From: Mycobacterium tuberculosis H37Rv
GTDB taxonomy: Bacteria > Actinomycetota > Actinomycetes > Mycobacteriales > Mycobacteriaceae
Direction of reading: 5' to 3'
Length of the DNA stretch: 32,000 nt
Assembly: GCF_000195955.2 (NCBI RefSeq)
Contig: NC_000962.3
Coordinates: 1,380,001 to 1,412,000 of the forward strand
Both the position numbers and the translations under genes were made by a program. Shown one piece after another: positions 8,979 through 18,900 of this stretch (positions within the stretch are counted from its first letter, which is position 1; each line of letters begins with the position of its first letter). A model generated the notes under the pieces. It ran no database searches. It was given only the letters and a program-made list of their open reading frames with translations, and was not told the origin of the DNA.

Positions 8979-9244
8979 CGCGCGGTGTAACGGTTGCGGA
9001 TCTCGTCGTTGCTCACGAAGCGCCCTGCGGCAACATCGGCGAGGCCTTCACGAATGGCCTCGCTGGCGCCAGGGGTGCGTAGCACCTCCAGCGTTTCCTC
9101 GATGGACGCCAGGTCATCGGCCGAGATCAATACCGCCGCCGGATGACCGTGCCGGGTTATCGTGATGCGCTCGTGTGTCAGCTCAACTTCGGCGACGTAC
9201 TCAGAGAGGCGATTGCGGACTTCGCCCAGTGGGACAACAGCCAT
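8975..9244 (-). CDS. relB: RelB1 antitoxin (Rv1247c), Phd/YefM-like
   Basis: 89 aa from ATG 9242-9244 (MAVVPLGEVRNRLSEYVAEVELTHERITITRHGHPAAVLIS...). A TACAAT -10 lies 7 nt upstream. The 239-aa longest ORF runs into the kgd 3' end and is rejected. Confidence 0.88.
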   Translation of the reverse strand: MAVVPLGEVRNRLSEYVAEVELTHERITITRHGHPAAVLISADDLASIEETLEVLRTPGASEAIREGLADVAAGRFVSNDEIRNRYTAR

Positions 9245-9276
9245 AACCGCGATTGTAGCTAAAAGTATGGCTAAAC
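9245..9276 (-). promoter_or_regulatory. Putative relBE1 promoter/operator: TACAAT -10 (9257-9252 on the minus strand) 7 nt from the relB ATG, preceded by two TTTAGC direct repeats 12 bp apart
   Basis: The minus strand reads GGTTTAGCCATACTTTTAGCTACAATCGCGGTTATG. TACAAT fits the mycobacterial TANNNT -10. The spacing implies a leaderless or near-leaderless transcript. This is an AT-rich patch in GC-rich DNA. Confidence 0.45.
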
Positions 9277-9302
9277 CCTGTACGCCGAGCATCGGCTTAC
9301 CG

Positions 9303-9375
9303 AGCCGAACGCCTCGTCGCTGTTTGATGTCTCCTCGAGCGTTCGGCTGAGCGAACTCAGCCGAACGCCTCGTCG
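9303..9375 (-). repeat. 17-bp direct repeat AGCCGAACGCCTCGTCG (9303-9319 and 9359-9375); the second copy is the last codons and stop of kgd
   Basis: The two copies are identical on direct reading and 56 bp apart. A complementary arm at 9336-9350 lies between them. Confidence 0.9.
9336..9372 (-). terminator. Strong stem-loop overlapping the kgd stop codon; possible factor-independent terminator or 3'-end stabiliser without a U-tract
   Basis: 9339-9350 (GCGTTCGGCTGA) is the perfect reverse complement of 9357-9368 (TCAGCCGAACGC). The loop is 6 nt. The stem extends by 3 bp (9336-9338 with 9370-9372) across a 1-nt bulge. Confidence 0.4.
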
Positions 9376-12300
9376 AGGATCTCCTGCTGTTCGACGGCGT
9401 GCACCTTCGACGAGCCTGACGACGGGGCTGACATCGCCCGGCGCGAGATTCGCTTGATCCCGGCCAACTTGTCAGGCAGCAGCTCGGGTAGTTCGAGCCC
9501 GAATCGCGGCCACGCACCCTGGTTGGCCGGTTCCTCTTGGACCCAGAAGAACTCCTTGACGTTCTCGTAGCGGTCCAGCGTTTCACGCAGTCGACGCCTG
9601 GGCAGCGGGGCGAGCTGTTCAAGCCGCACGATCGCGAGGTCATTGCGGTTGTCCTTGGCCTTGCGGGCGGCCAGCTCGTAATACAGCTTGCCACTGGTCA
9701 GCAGGATCCGGCTGACCTTGTTGCGGTCTCCGATGCCGTCCTCATAGGTGGGTTCCTCCAGCACTGAGCGGAACTTGATCTCGGTGAAGTCCTTGATTTC
9801 GCTGACGGCGGCCTTGTGACGCAACATCGACTTGGGCGTGAACACGATCAGCGGGCGTTGGATGCCGTCCAGGGCATGCCGGCGTAGCAGGTGGAAGTAG
9901 TTCGACGGAGTCGACGGCATCGCGATGGTCATCGAACCTTCCGCCCACAACTGCAAGAAGCGTTCGATCCGGGCAGAAGTGTGGTCGGGTCCCTGCCCCT
10001 CGTGCCCGTGCGGTAACAGCAGCACGACGTTGGACAATTGGCCCCACTTGGCCTCACCGGAGCTGATGAACTCGTCGATGATCGACTGCGCGCCGTTGAC
10101 GAAGTCGCCGAACTGCGCCTCCCAGAGCACCACGGCGTCCGGATTGCCCACAGTGTAGCCGTACTCGAAGCCGACGGCGGCGTACTCCGACAGTGGCGAG
10201 TCGTAGACCAGGAACTTTCCGCCGGTCGGGCTGCCGTCGGAGTTGGTCGCCAGCAGCTGCAGTGGTGTGAACTCCTCGCCAGTGTGGCGGTCGATGAGAA
10301 CCGAATGCCGCTGGGAGAAGGTGCCGCGGCGGCTGTCCTGCCCCGACAAGCGCACCAGCTTGCCTTCGGCCACCAGCGAGCCCAGCGCCAGCAGCTCGCC
10401 AAAGGCCCAGTCGATCTTGCCTTCATAGGCCATCTCCCGGCGCTTCTCCAGCACCGGTTGGACTCGCGGGTGCGCGGTGAAGCCGTTCGGCAAGGCGAGG
10501 AACGCATCGCCGATCCGGGCCAGCAGCGACTTGTCCACCGCAGTGGCCAGCCCCGCGGGAATCATCTGGTCGGACTCGACCGACTCGCTCGGCTGCACAC
10601 CGTGCTTCTCCAGCTCGCGCACTTCGTTGAACACCCGTTCCAGCTGGCCCTGGTAGTCGCGCAGCGCGTCCTCGGCCTCCTTCATCGAGATGTCGCCACG
10701 TCCGATCAGGGCTTCGGTGTAGCTTTTGCGGGCCCCGCGCTTGGTGTCGACGACGTCGTACACGTAGGGGTTGGTCATCGACGGGTCGTCACCCTCGTTG
10801 TGCCCGCGGCGGCGGTAGCACAGCATGTCGATGACGACGTCCTTCTTGAACCGTTGTCGGAAGTCCACCGCCAACCGCGCCACCCAGACACACGCCTCCG
10901 GGTCGTCGCCGTTGACGTGAAAGATCGGTGCCCCGATCATCTTTGCGACGTCGGTGCAGTACTCGCTGGACCTGGAATACTCGGGCGCGGTGGTGAAGCC
11001 GATCTGGTTGTTGACGATGATGTGGATGGTGCCGCCGACGCGGTAGCCCGGCAGATTCGCCAGGTTCAGCGTCTCGGCGACCACACCCTGACCGGCGAAC
11101 GCGGCATCGCCATGCAACATCAGCGGCACCACCGAGAACGCCCGTTGGCCGTCGCTGTCGATGCTTCCGTGGTCGAGCAGATCCTGCTTGGCCCGCACCA
11201 ATCCCTCCAGCACCGGGTCGACGGCCTCCAGATGCGACGGGTTGGCGGTCAGCGACACCTGAATGTCGTTGTCGCCGAACATCTGCAGGTACAGCCCGGT
11301 GGCGCCCAGGTGGTACTTGACGTCACCGGAGCCGTGCGCCTGCGACGGATTCAGGTTGCCCTCGAACTCGGTGAAGATCTGCGAGTACGGCTTGCCGACG
11401 ATGTTGGCCAGCACGTTGAGCCGGCCCCGGTGCGGCATCCCGATGACCACCTCGTCGAGGCCGTGCTCAGCGCACTGGTCGATCGCCGCGTCCATCATCG
11501 GGATCACGCTTTCGGCGCCTTCCAGCGAGAACCGCTTCTGGCCGACGTACTTGGTCTGTAGGAACGTTTCAAAGGCCTCGGCGGCGTTGAGCTTGCTGAG
11601 GATGTATTTCTGTTGGGCCACAGTGGGTTTGACGTGCTTGGTCTCGACCCGTTGTTCGAGCCACTCCTTTTGTTCGGGGTCGAGGATATGGGCGTACTCC
11701 ACGCCGATGTGGCGGCAGTAGGCATCGCGCAGCAAGCCCAGCACGTCGCGCAGTTTCTTGTACTGCGCACCGGCAAAGCCGTCGACCTTGAACACCCGAT
11801 CGAGATCCCACAGCGTCAGGCCGTGGGTCAGCACTTCGAGGTCGGGGTGACTGCGGAACCGAGCTTTGTCCAACCGCAGCGGGTCGGTATCGGCCATCAG
11901 ATGGCCGCGGTTGCGGTAGGCCGCGATCAAGTTCATGACGCGAGCGTTCTTGTCGACGATCGAGTCGGGGTTGTCGGTGCTCCAGCGCACCGGCAGATAT
12001 GGGATGCTCAGTTCGCGGAAGACCTCGTCCCAGAAGCCATCCGAGAGCAGCAACTCGTGGATGGTGCGCAGGAAGTCGCCCGATTCCGCGCCCTGGATGA
12101 TGCGGTGGTCGTAGGTGGAGGTCAAAGTGATCAATTTGCCGATGCCCAGCTCGGCGATGCGTTCCTCGCTGGCGCCTTGAAACTCGGCGGGGTATTCCAT
12201 GGCGCCCACGCCGATGATGGCGCCCTGGCCGGGCATCAGCCGCGGCACCGAATGCACGGTGCCGATGGTTCCGGGATTGGTCAGCGAAATCGTCACGCCG

Positions 12301-13052
12301 GCAAAGTCTTCAGTGGTCAGCTTGCCGTCGCGGGCCCGGCGTACGATGTCTTCGTAGGCCGTGACGAACTGCGCGAATCGCATGGTCTCGCACCGCTTGA
12401 TGCCGGCCACCACCAGGGAACGCTTCCCGTCCTTGCCTTGCAGGTCGATCGCCAGGCCGAGATTGGTGTGCGCCGGCGTGACCGCGGTGGGCTTGCCGTC
12501 GACTTCGGTGTAGTGCCGGTTCATGTTCGGGAATTTCTTCACCGCCTGCACCAGGGCGTAGCCCAGCAAATGCGTGAACGAGATCTTGCCGCCGCGGGTC
12601 CGCTTCAACTGGTTGTTGATGACGATCCGGTTGTCGATCAGTAGCTTGGCCGGGACCGCCCGGACGCTGGTCGCCGTCGGCACCTCCAACGACGCGGACA
12701 TGTTCTTGACGACGGCCGCGGCGGCGCCGCGCAGCACCGCTACCTCGTCACCTTCGGCTGGCGGGGGAACGGCAGTTTTGGCGGCCAGTGCGGCGACCAC
12801 GCCGTTGCCCGCGGCCGCGGTGTCGGCCGGCTTGGGGGGTGCCTGCGGGGCGGCCGCAGCGGCCCGCTCGGCAACGAGTGGCGAGGTAACCCGGGTTGGT
12901 TCGGCAGCTGGTTGGGAGGTGGGTTCGGGGCTGTAGTCAACCAGGAACTCGTGCCAGCTGGGATCGACCGAGGAGGGGTCGTCGCGGAACTTGCGGTACA
13001 TCTCTTCGACCAGCCATTCGTTTTGCCCGAATGGTGAACTTATGTTGGCCAC
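9357..13052 (-). CDS. kgd: Multifunctional 2-oxoglutarate decarboxylase/dehydrogenase E1 component Kgd (Rv1248c)
   Basis: 1231-aa ORF with GTG start. It has an N-terminal E2-like acyltransferase segment with the DHR motif ([16 protein letters not shown]), then a ThDP-dependent E1o core including [12 protein letters not shown]. Confidence 0.96.
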   Translation of the reverse strand: MANISSPFGQNEWLVEEMYRKFRDDPSSVDPSWHEFLVDYSPEPTSQPAAEPTRVTSPLVAERAAAAAPQAPPKPADTAAAGNGVVAALAAKTAVPPPAEGDEVAVLRGAAAAVVKNMSASLEVPTATSVRAVPAKLLIDNRIVINNQLKRTRGGKISFTHLLGYALVQAVKKFPNMNRHYTEVDGKPTAVTPAHTNLGLAIDLQGKDGKRSLVVAGIKRCETMRFAQFVTAYEDIVRRARDGKLTTEDFAGVTISLTNPGTIGTVHSVPRLMPGQGAIIGVGAMEYPAEFQGASEERIAELGIGKLITLTSTYDHRIIQGAESGDFLRTIHELLLSDGFWDEVFRELSIPYLPVRWSTDNPDSIVDKNARVMNLIAAYRNRGHLMADTDPLRLDKARFRSHPDLEVLTHGLTLWDLDRVFKVDGFAGAQYKKLRDVLGLLRDAYCRHIGVEYAHILDPEQKEWLEQRVETKHVKPTVAQQKYILSKLNAAEAFETFLQTKYVGQKRFSLEGAESVIPMMDAAIDQCAEHGLDEVVIGMPHRGRLNVLANIVGKPYSQIFTEFEGNLNPSQAHGSGDVKYHLGATGLYLQMFGDNDIQVSLTANPSHLEAVDPVLEGLVRAKQDLLDHGSIDSDGQRAFSVVPLMLHGDAAFAGQGVVAETLNLANLPGYRVGGTIHIIVNNQIGFTTAPEYSRSSEYCTDVAKMIGAPIFHVNGDDPEACVWVARLAVDFRQRFKKDVVIDMLCYRRRGHNEGDDPSMTNPYVYDVVDTKRGARKSYTEALIGRGDISMKEAEDALRDYQGQLERVFNEVRELEKHGVQPSESVESDQMIPAGLATAVDKSLLARIGDAFLALPNGFTAHPRVQPVLEKRREMAYEGKIDWAFGELLALGSLVAEGKLVRLSGQDSRRGTFSQRHSVLIDRHTGEEFTPLQLLATNSDGSPTGGKFLVYDSPLSEYAAVGFEYGYTVGNPDAVVLWEAQFGDFVNGAQSIIDEFISSGEAKWGQLSNVVLLLPHGHEGQGPDHTSARIERFLQLWAEGSMTIAMPSTPSNYFHLLRRHALDGIQRPLIVFTPKSMLRHKAAVSEIKDFTEIKFRSVLEEPTYEDGIGDRNKVSRILLTSGKLYYELAARKAKDNRNDLAIVRLEQLAPLPRRRLRETLDRYENVKEFFWVQEEPANQGAWPRFGLELPELLPDKLAGIKRISRRAMSAPSSGSSKVHAVEQQEILDEAFG

Positions 13053-13193
13053 GGCCGCTGTTCGCCTCGATTCTTCTGCTAGTTGAAGTCCTGCAAGCGC
13101 ATTGCGCGGCGCCTGCTGGCAGTCGGTGAACGGTCTGCCCCATAAAGGCTAACGCTTTGCCAGCGATTCGCCAGAGAGACCGGGCAACGCGCG

Positions 13194-13982
13194 CTAGCTG
13201 GCATCCCGAACGGTCGGTAGCACGTGCAGGGTGACCGGCCAGCGCGCCGGCGGGGTGCCGAATGCCGATCGCGCATTACGGACGAGCTTCTTGCCGACCA
13301 GCCGATTGCCGATGGCGCCGATGATCGCGCCGATACCCATCGGCACCAGCTTGCCAAACATGAGCGCGCCGCGTTTCAGCGCGAATCGTTTGACGACGTA
13401 TTTGAGCATTCGCGAGTTCAACGACGATATCGCCGGCAGCGGCAGCGAGGCCATGGTCTCCGACACCCAGCCGCCGCTGGTTCGGCCCGGACCGAGCAGA
13501 TCGGCCACCGCAGTAGTGTTGTCGCCGACCAGCACCGCCAAGACCAGGGCACGGCGCCGTTCTCGGTGGTCGAGGGGAATGGCGTGTACCGAGGCCAGCG
13601 CCAGCACGAACAGCGCGGTGGCCTCAAGGAACACGACAACCTCTCCGGCCGCGGCGAACCATGCGGCCAGGGTGCCGATCCCCGGTAAGGTCGCGGCCGC
13701 ACCTACCGCCGCTCCACTGGCCGTCACCACCGACAAGAAGCGTTTCTCGAGCTTGGCTACGATCTTGGCGGGGCTGGCCCCCGGGTGGGCGCGACGCAGG
13801 CGGGCCACATACGCCTGTGCTGCCGGGCCCTGTATCCGCGAACTCCGTTCGATGACCTGCGCCAATGCCCGCGTGGACACTTTGGGCCGCCCGCCGGTCC
13901 CGGCCAGCTGCGGGTCCGGCTCAGCTGCATTTGCGGATCGATTGTCGAACCTTTTCCAAGACCTGATTCGTCGAGCGCTCAT
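13194..13982 (-). CDS. Conserved membrane protein of unknown function (Rv1249c)
   Basis: 262-aa ORF with a basic N-terminus followed by several hydrophobic Gly/Ala-rich helices (AAVGAAATLPGIGTLAAWFAAAGEVVVFLEATALFVLALA; GKLVPMGIGAIIGAIG). I recognise no catalytic motif. Confidence 0.8.
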   Translation of the reverse strand: MSARRIRSWKRFDNRSANAAEPDPQLAGTGGRPKVSTRALAQVIERSSRIQGPAAQAYVARLRRAHPGASPAKIVAKLEKRFLSVVTASGAAVGAAATLPGIGTLAAWFAAAGEVVVFLEATALFVLALASVHAIPLDHRERRRALVLAVLVGDNTTAVADLLGPGRTSGGWVSETMASLPLPAISSLNSRMLKYVVKRFALKRGALMFGKLVPMGIGAIIGAIGNRLVGKKLVRNARSAFGTPPARWPVTLHVLPTVRDAS

Positions 13983-14178
13983 CTTCTCTCCTGCGAATGG
14001 CGTCCCCTCAGGCTAATGCCGGTTCAACGATCCGAGCATGTGTTTCGGTAGCGGCGCGGTTCACCGCTCGAAGCGGAATAATGCGGCGTGGACATTGGTG
14101 ACGATACGGGTTGCCCTGGTGCATGCCGTGACGCCCGTGACCCAATGCCACCGCTAGCAAGCCAAACGAGGTGCGTGT

Positions 14179-15918
14179 ATGACTACGGCGATACGCCGGG
14201 CGGCCGGGAGCAGCTACTTCCGAAACCCCTGGCCTGCGCTGTGGGCGATGATGGTTGGCTTCTTCATGATCATGCTCGACTCCACCGTCGTAGCCATCGC
14301 GAATCCGACCATCATGGCCCAGCTACGCATCGGTTACGCCACCGTGGTTTGGGTGACCAGCGCCTATCTGCTGGCCTACGCGGTGCCAATGCTGGTGGCC
14401 GGCCGGCTTGGCGACCGGTTCGGCCCGAAGAATCTCTACCTGATTGGCCTGGGGGTATTCACCGTTGCGTCGCTGGGGTGCGGTCTGTCGAGCGGTGCCG
14501 GCATGCTGATTGCCGCTCGAGTGGTGCAAGGCGTCGGCGCCGGATTGCTTACCCCGCAGACGCTGTCGACGATAACGCGGATCTTCCCGGCTCATCGCCG
14601 CGGTGTCGCGCTGGGCGCATGGGGCACCGTCGCCAGTGTCGCCAGCCTGGTGGGACCGTTGGCCGGCGGCGCGCTGGTCGACAGCATGGGGTGGGAGTGG
14701 ATTTTCTTCGTCAACGTTCCCGTCGGCGTCATCGGCCTGATCCTGGCGGCCTATCTGATTCCGGCACTACCCCACCACCCGCATCGGTTCGATTGGTTCG
14801 GCGTCGGATTGTCTGGTGCGGGAATGTTTCTGATTGTCTTCGGACTACAGCAGGGCCAGTCCGCCAATTGGCAGCCTTGGATTTGGGCGGTGATCGTCGG
14901 CGGTATCGGGTTTATGTCGCTGTTCGTTTACTGGCAGGCGCGGAACGCCCGCGAGCCGCTGATCCCACTGGAGGTCTTCAACGACCGGAACTTCAGCTTG
15001 TCCAACCTCAGGATAGCGATCATCGCCTTCGCGGGGACGGGGATGATGCTGCCGGTGACGTTTTATGCGCAGGCGGTGTGTGGGTTGTCGCCGACCCACA
15101 CGGCCGTGCTGTTCGCGCCGACGGCGATCGTCGGTGGCGTGCTGGCCCCGTTCGTCGGCATGATCATTGACAGGTCCCATCCGTTGTGCGTACTGGGTTT
15201 CGGCTTCTCGGTGCTGGCGATCGCAATGACATGGCTCTTATGCGAGATGGCTCCGGGCACGCCCATCTGGCGGCTGGTGTTGCCGTTCATCGCGTTAGGC
15301 GTTGCTGGGGCGTTCGTGTGGTCGCCGCTGACCGTCACCGCGACCCGCAATCTACGGCCGCACCTGGCCGGTGCGAGCTCAGGTGTGTTCAACGCCGTCC
15401 GGCAGCTGGGGGCTGTGCTGGGGAGCGCGAGCATGGCCGCGTTCATGACGTCGCGCATCGCCGCCGAGATGCCCGGTGGTGTGGACGCCCTTACCGGTCC
15501 CGCCGGGCAGGACGCTACCGTGTTGCAGCTGCCCGAGTTCGTGCGCGAACCCTTCGCGGCCGCGATGTCGCAATCGATGCTGTTGCCCGCCTTCGTCGCC
15601 CTATTCGGGATCGTTGCCGCGTTGTTCCTGGTTGACTTCACCGGTGCTGCGGTTGCCAAAGAGCCGTTGCCCGAATCCGATGGCGACGCTGACGACGACG
15701 ACTATGTCGAGTACATCCTTCGTCGGGAACCGGAAGAGGATTGCGACACCCAGCCGCTGCGGGCGTCGCGCCCGGCAGCGGCCGCAGCGTCACGCAGCGG
15801 TGCTGGGGGTCCGCTGGCGGTCAGCTGGTCGACGTCAGCCCAAGGAATGCCCCCAGGTCCACCAGGCCGTCGGGCGTGGCAGGCAGATACTGAGTCAACA
15901 GCTCCGAGCGCACTATAA
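14179..15918 (+). CDS. MFS drug:H+ antiporter, 14-TMS EmrB/QacA-like (Rv1250)
   Basis: 579-aa ORF with MFS motif A ([12 protein letters not shown]) and many TM helices. About 85 aa of acidic or low-complexity C-terminal tail follows. GAGGTG lies 6 nt upstream of the ATG. Confidence 0.9.
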
Positions 15919-18900
15919 CCGCGGCATACTGTGCCCGACTGACCGCGACGTTGAGCCGATTCCGGTTGAGCAGGAACGAGATTCCGCGTGGAACATCGTC
16001 GGCGGACGAGGCCGTCATCGAGATGAAGACCACCGGTGCCTGCCCGCCCTGGAATTTGTCGACGGTGCCTACCCGTACTCCGTCAGCCCCGCCAAGTCCG
16101 GCAGACGCCAACCGCCGACGGACCAGCGCCACCTGGGCGTTGTACGGCGCGAGCACAAGCACATCGGAAGCGGCCAGTGGCCGGGTGCCGTGCTCGTCGG
16201 TCCACGGCGAGCCGAGCAGCTGCCGCAGCTCGGCGAGGATCGCCTCGGCCTCTTCGGGGCTTTCGATCGAATTGCCCTTGTGGTGCACGCCACGCGTATG
16301 CACCCCCGGGGGATACCCGTCGAGGCGGCGCACGGCGGTGCGCTCGGTGTGGGAACACAGCCTGCCCTCGTAGGACAACGCCGACACGGCCGCGCACACC
16401 GCCGGGTGCATCCGGTACGAGCGGTCTAAGAAGTAGCCGCGTTCGTCGGGCAGCGTGTGTTGCCCATCTACCAGCCACGACAATGCGGAGGTGTCGACGG
16501 GTTCGGGATGTGTGCCCTGACTTACCTGAGGCAGTTGCTGTGGATCGCCAAGCAGCAACAGGTTTGTGGCCGCGGGCGCCACGGCGATGGTATTGGCCAG
16601 GCAGAACTGGCCAGCCTCGTCGATCACCAGCAGATCCAGGCTGGCTTTCGGCACCCGATTGCCGTTGGCGAAGTCCCACGCCGTGCCGCCGATCACGCAT
16701 CCGGCGGTGTCGCGGATGAATTCTGTGTACTGGCTCCCGTCGATCGACTGCCAGCGCCCAGCGGTGTGGTCGTGCGGCTTTTTGGCGACCTGCCCCGGGT
16801 CCAGGCCAGCGCTGATCACACCTTCCAACAGGTTCTCCACCGTGGCGTGCGACTGGGCGACAACGCCAATACGCCAGGCATGCTCGGTGACCAACTCCGC
16901 GATCACCCGGGCCGCGGTGTATGTCTTGCCGGTCCCCGGAGGGCCGTGCACCGCCAGGTATGACGAGTCCAAGTCCAGCGCCGCCGCGGCGATATCGGTG
17001 ACTGGGTCACTGCTGCGGGGCAATGCGGCGCCGCTGCGCGTGCGAGGAGGGCGACGCAGCAGCACGTCCATTAGCGCGGTGCTGGGCAGTTGCGGCGATC
17101 CGGAAGCCACGGCAGCGGCCGTCGATTCGATCGATTCCCGCAGGGCCGTCGTCGGCACCGGCGGCCCGGGAGCGAGCGCGAACGGGAGCTGCTGAAATGT
17201 ATTGCCGTCACTGCCGGTTCGTTCGACGATGACCACCTCGGTGGGCACAGTGGGGTCGTCGGTCTCAACCACTGCGGCGGGGCCCGCGGCTCGGCGATCA
17301 GGATTGTCGGTCATGCCCGGCGGCGCCGGGGGTTCGTAGAGGGCAAACACATTCCCGTTGAGGTCCCCACGTGCCAGTTCACCGGTAAGCCGGACCCGCC
17401 GCTGCGGCTTGCGCGCGCGAGGCGGCATATGCCAGTCGACGGTGACCGAAGCCTCGCTGGCAAGGAAGACGTCCGTGCTGTCCGACCATTCGTCGACGGG
17501 GTAGTTGAGCCGGTCGAAGTGCGCCCACCAGAACGGCTTGTCCTCGCGGCGATGATAGCCGCGGGCAGCGGCCAGCAAGGCGACCGCTGTCTGTTCCGGC
17601 GTGCGCTCGCCGGCGGCGGCATCGCCGGTGAACTTGGACAGTACCGACGCCAGCGAGTCACCGTCGTCGATAGGGTCGGCGTCCGGAACTGGTTGAGCGC
17701 CAATGGGTGTGACGCCGGCTTCCCAGGCGCGCATGAGCAGCCAGTCACGCAGCGCGCGGGTGGACCGGCAGTCGTAGTGGTTGTAGCCTTCGATCTCTTT
17801 GAGCACGGTTGCCGCCTCATCGATGCGGCCGGCCGCGCGCAGTTCGCAGTACCGGGCATAGGAGTTGATCGAGTCGGCGGCGGTGGTGACGTCGCCGGAG
17901 CGTGGCTGCGTCCCGAGGTACAGCGGCTCCAGCGCCTTCAAGCTGAACGAGTCGGTGCCCACCCGAATGCTCTTGCGTACCAACGGGTATAAGTCCACCA
18001 GGACTCCGTTGCGCAGCAAGTCGTCGACGTCGTCCTCGCCGATGCCGTAGCGTCCGACCAGCCGCAGCAGCGCGGTCTTCTCGTAGGGCGCGTAGTGGTA
18101 GATGTGCATGTTGGGGTGGCGCCGGCGCCGTCTGGCGACTATCGCCAGGAAATCGGTCAGCGCCTGGCGTTCGGCTGTCCGGTCATGCGCCCACAATGGT
18201 CGGAATACTCCCGCCCGTCCGGCTTCCAGCACCCCGAACAGGTATTCCAGGCCCCACTGTTTGCCGTCGGCGGTCCACAGCGGGTCACCCTCGAAGTCGA
18301 AGAACAGGTCGCCGGGGTTTGGCTCCGGCAGCAGTGTCAGCGGCCGCGGGTCGACGATCTCGAACTGTGGTGCTCCCGTATCGCGTTGGCGGATTTGCAG
18401 TTTGGCCTGTGCGGTCAGCTTGCCCAGCGCGTTCGTGGTCAGGCCGGGAACCGGCGCGGTGTGATCTGCCAGTTCGGCGATCGTGGTGATGCCGGCCTCA
18501 AGGAGCTTGTCGCGCTGGCGGACTCGCATCCCTCCGACCAGTAGCAGATCGTCGCTGGCGCGCAGCCGCTCGGTGCACTGCGGACAGCGGAAGCACGCCT
18601 GCACGCGTTCGTCGTCCCAGCGCACCGCGGTGCCCGCGGTGTAGTGGCCGTCCAGCAATCGCTGTAAAAGCGCACGCTGGGACCGGTAGACCGGGATGAG
18701 CTCGCCGACGCGGTAGCGCACGATCGTGCCGTCGCCGAGTTCGAGCTCGGCGTCGGCAGCCACCGGAACGCCCGAGTGAACCAGCGCATCGGCATAGGCC
18801 GCCAGCTGTAGCAGCGCGGTCACGGTTGGCGAGCGGGCGAGCTTGGTGTCGGCGACCCGGTACCGGTGACCGTCGCGGATCAGGAAGTCGGCGAACCCGA

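Noticed and set aside
8975-9694. 239-aa extended form of the relB ORF
   Set aside because: The upstream 150 codons overlap the kgd 3' end in another frame and are Arg/Ser-rich junk. The antitoxin homology starts at Met 9244, which has its own -10 element.
10038-12644. Long plus-strand ORFs (507 aa at 10038-11561, 343 aa at 11613-12644) antisense to kgd
   Set aside because: They lie entirely inside the well-supported kgd frame. Their translations are Arg/Ala/Gly/Val-rich with no motifs. Such stop-free antisense frames are expected in GC-rich DNA.
14088-15170. 360-aa ORF in another frame overlapping the first half of Rv1250
   Set aside because: The translation is Arg-rich and non-membrane. 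The 14179 frame gives a coherent 14-TMS MFS protein with motif A.
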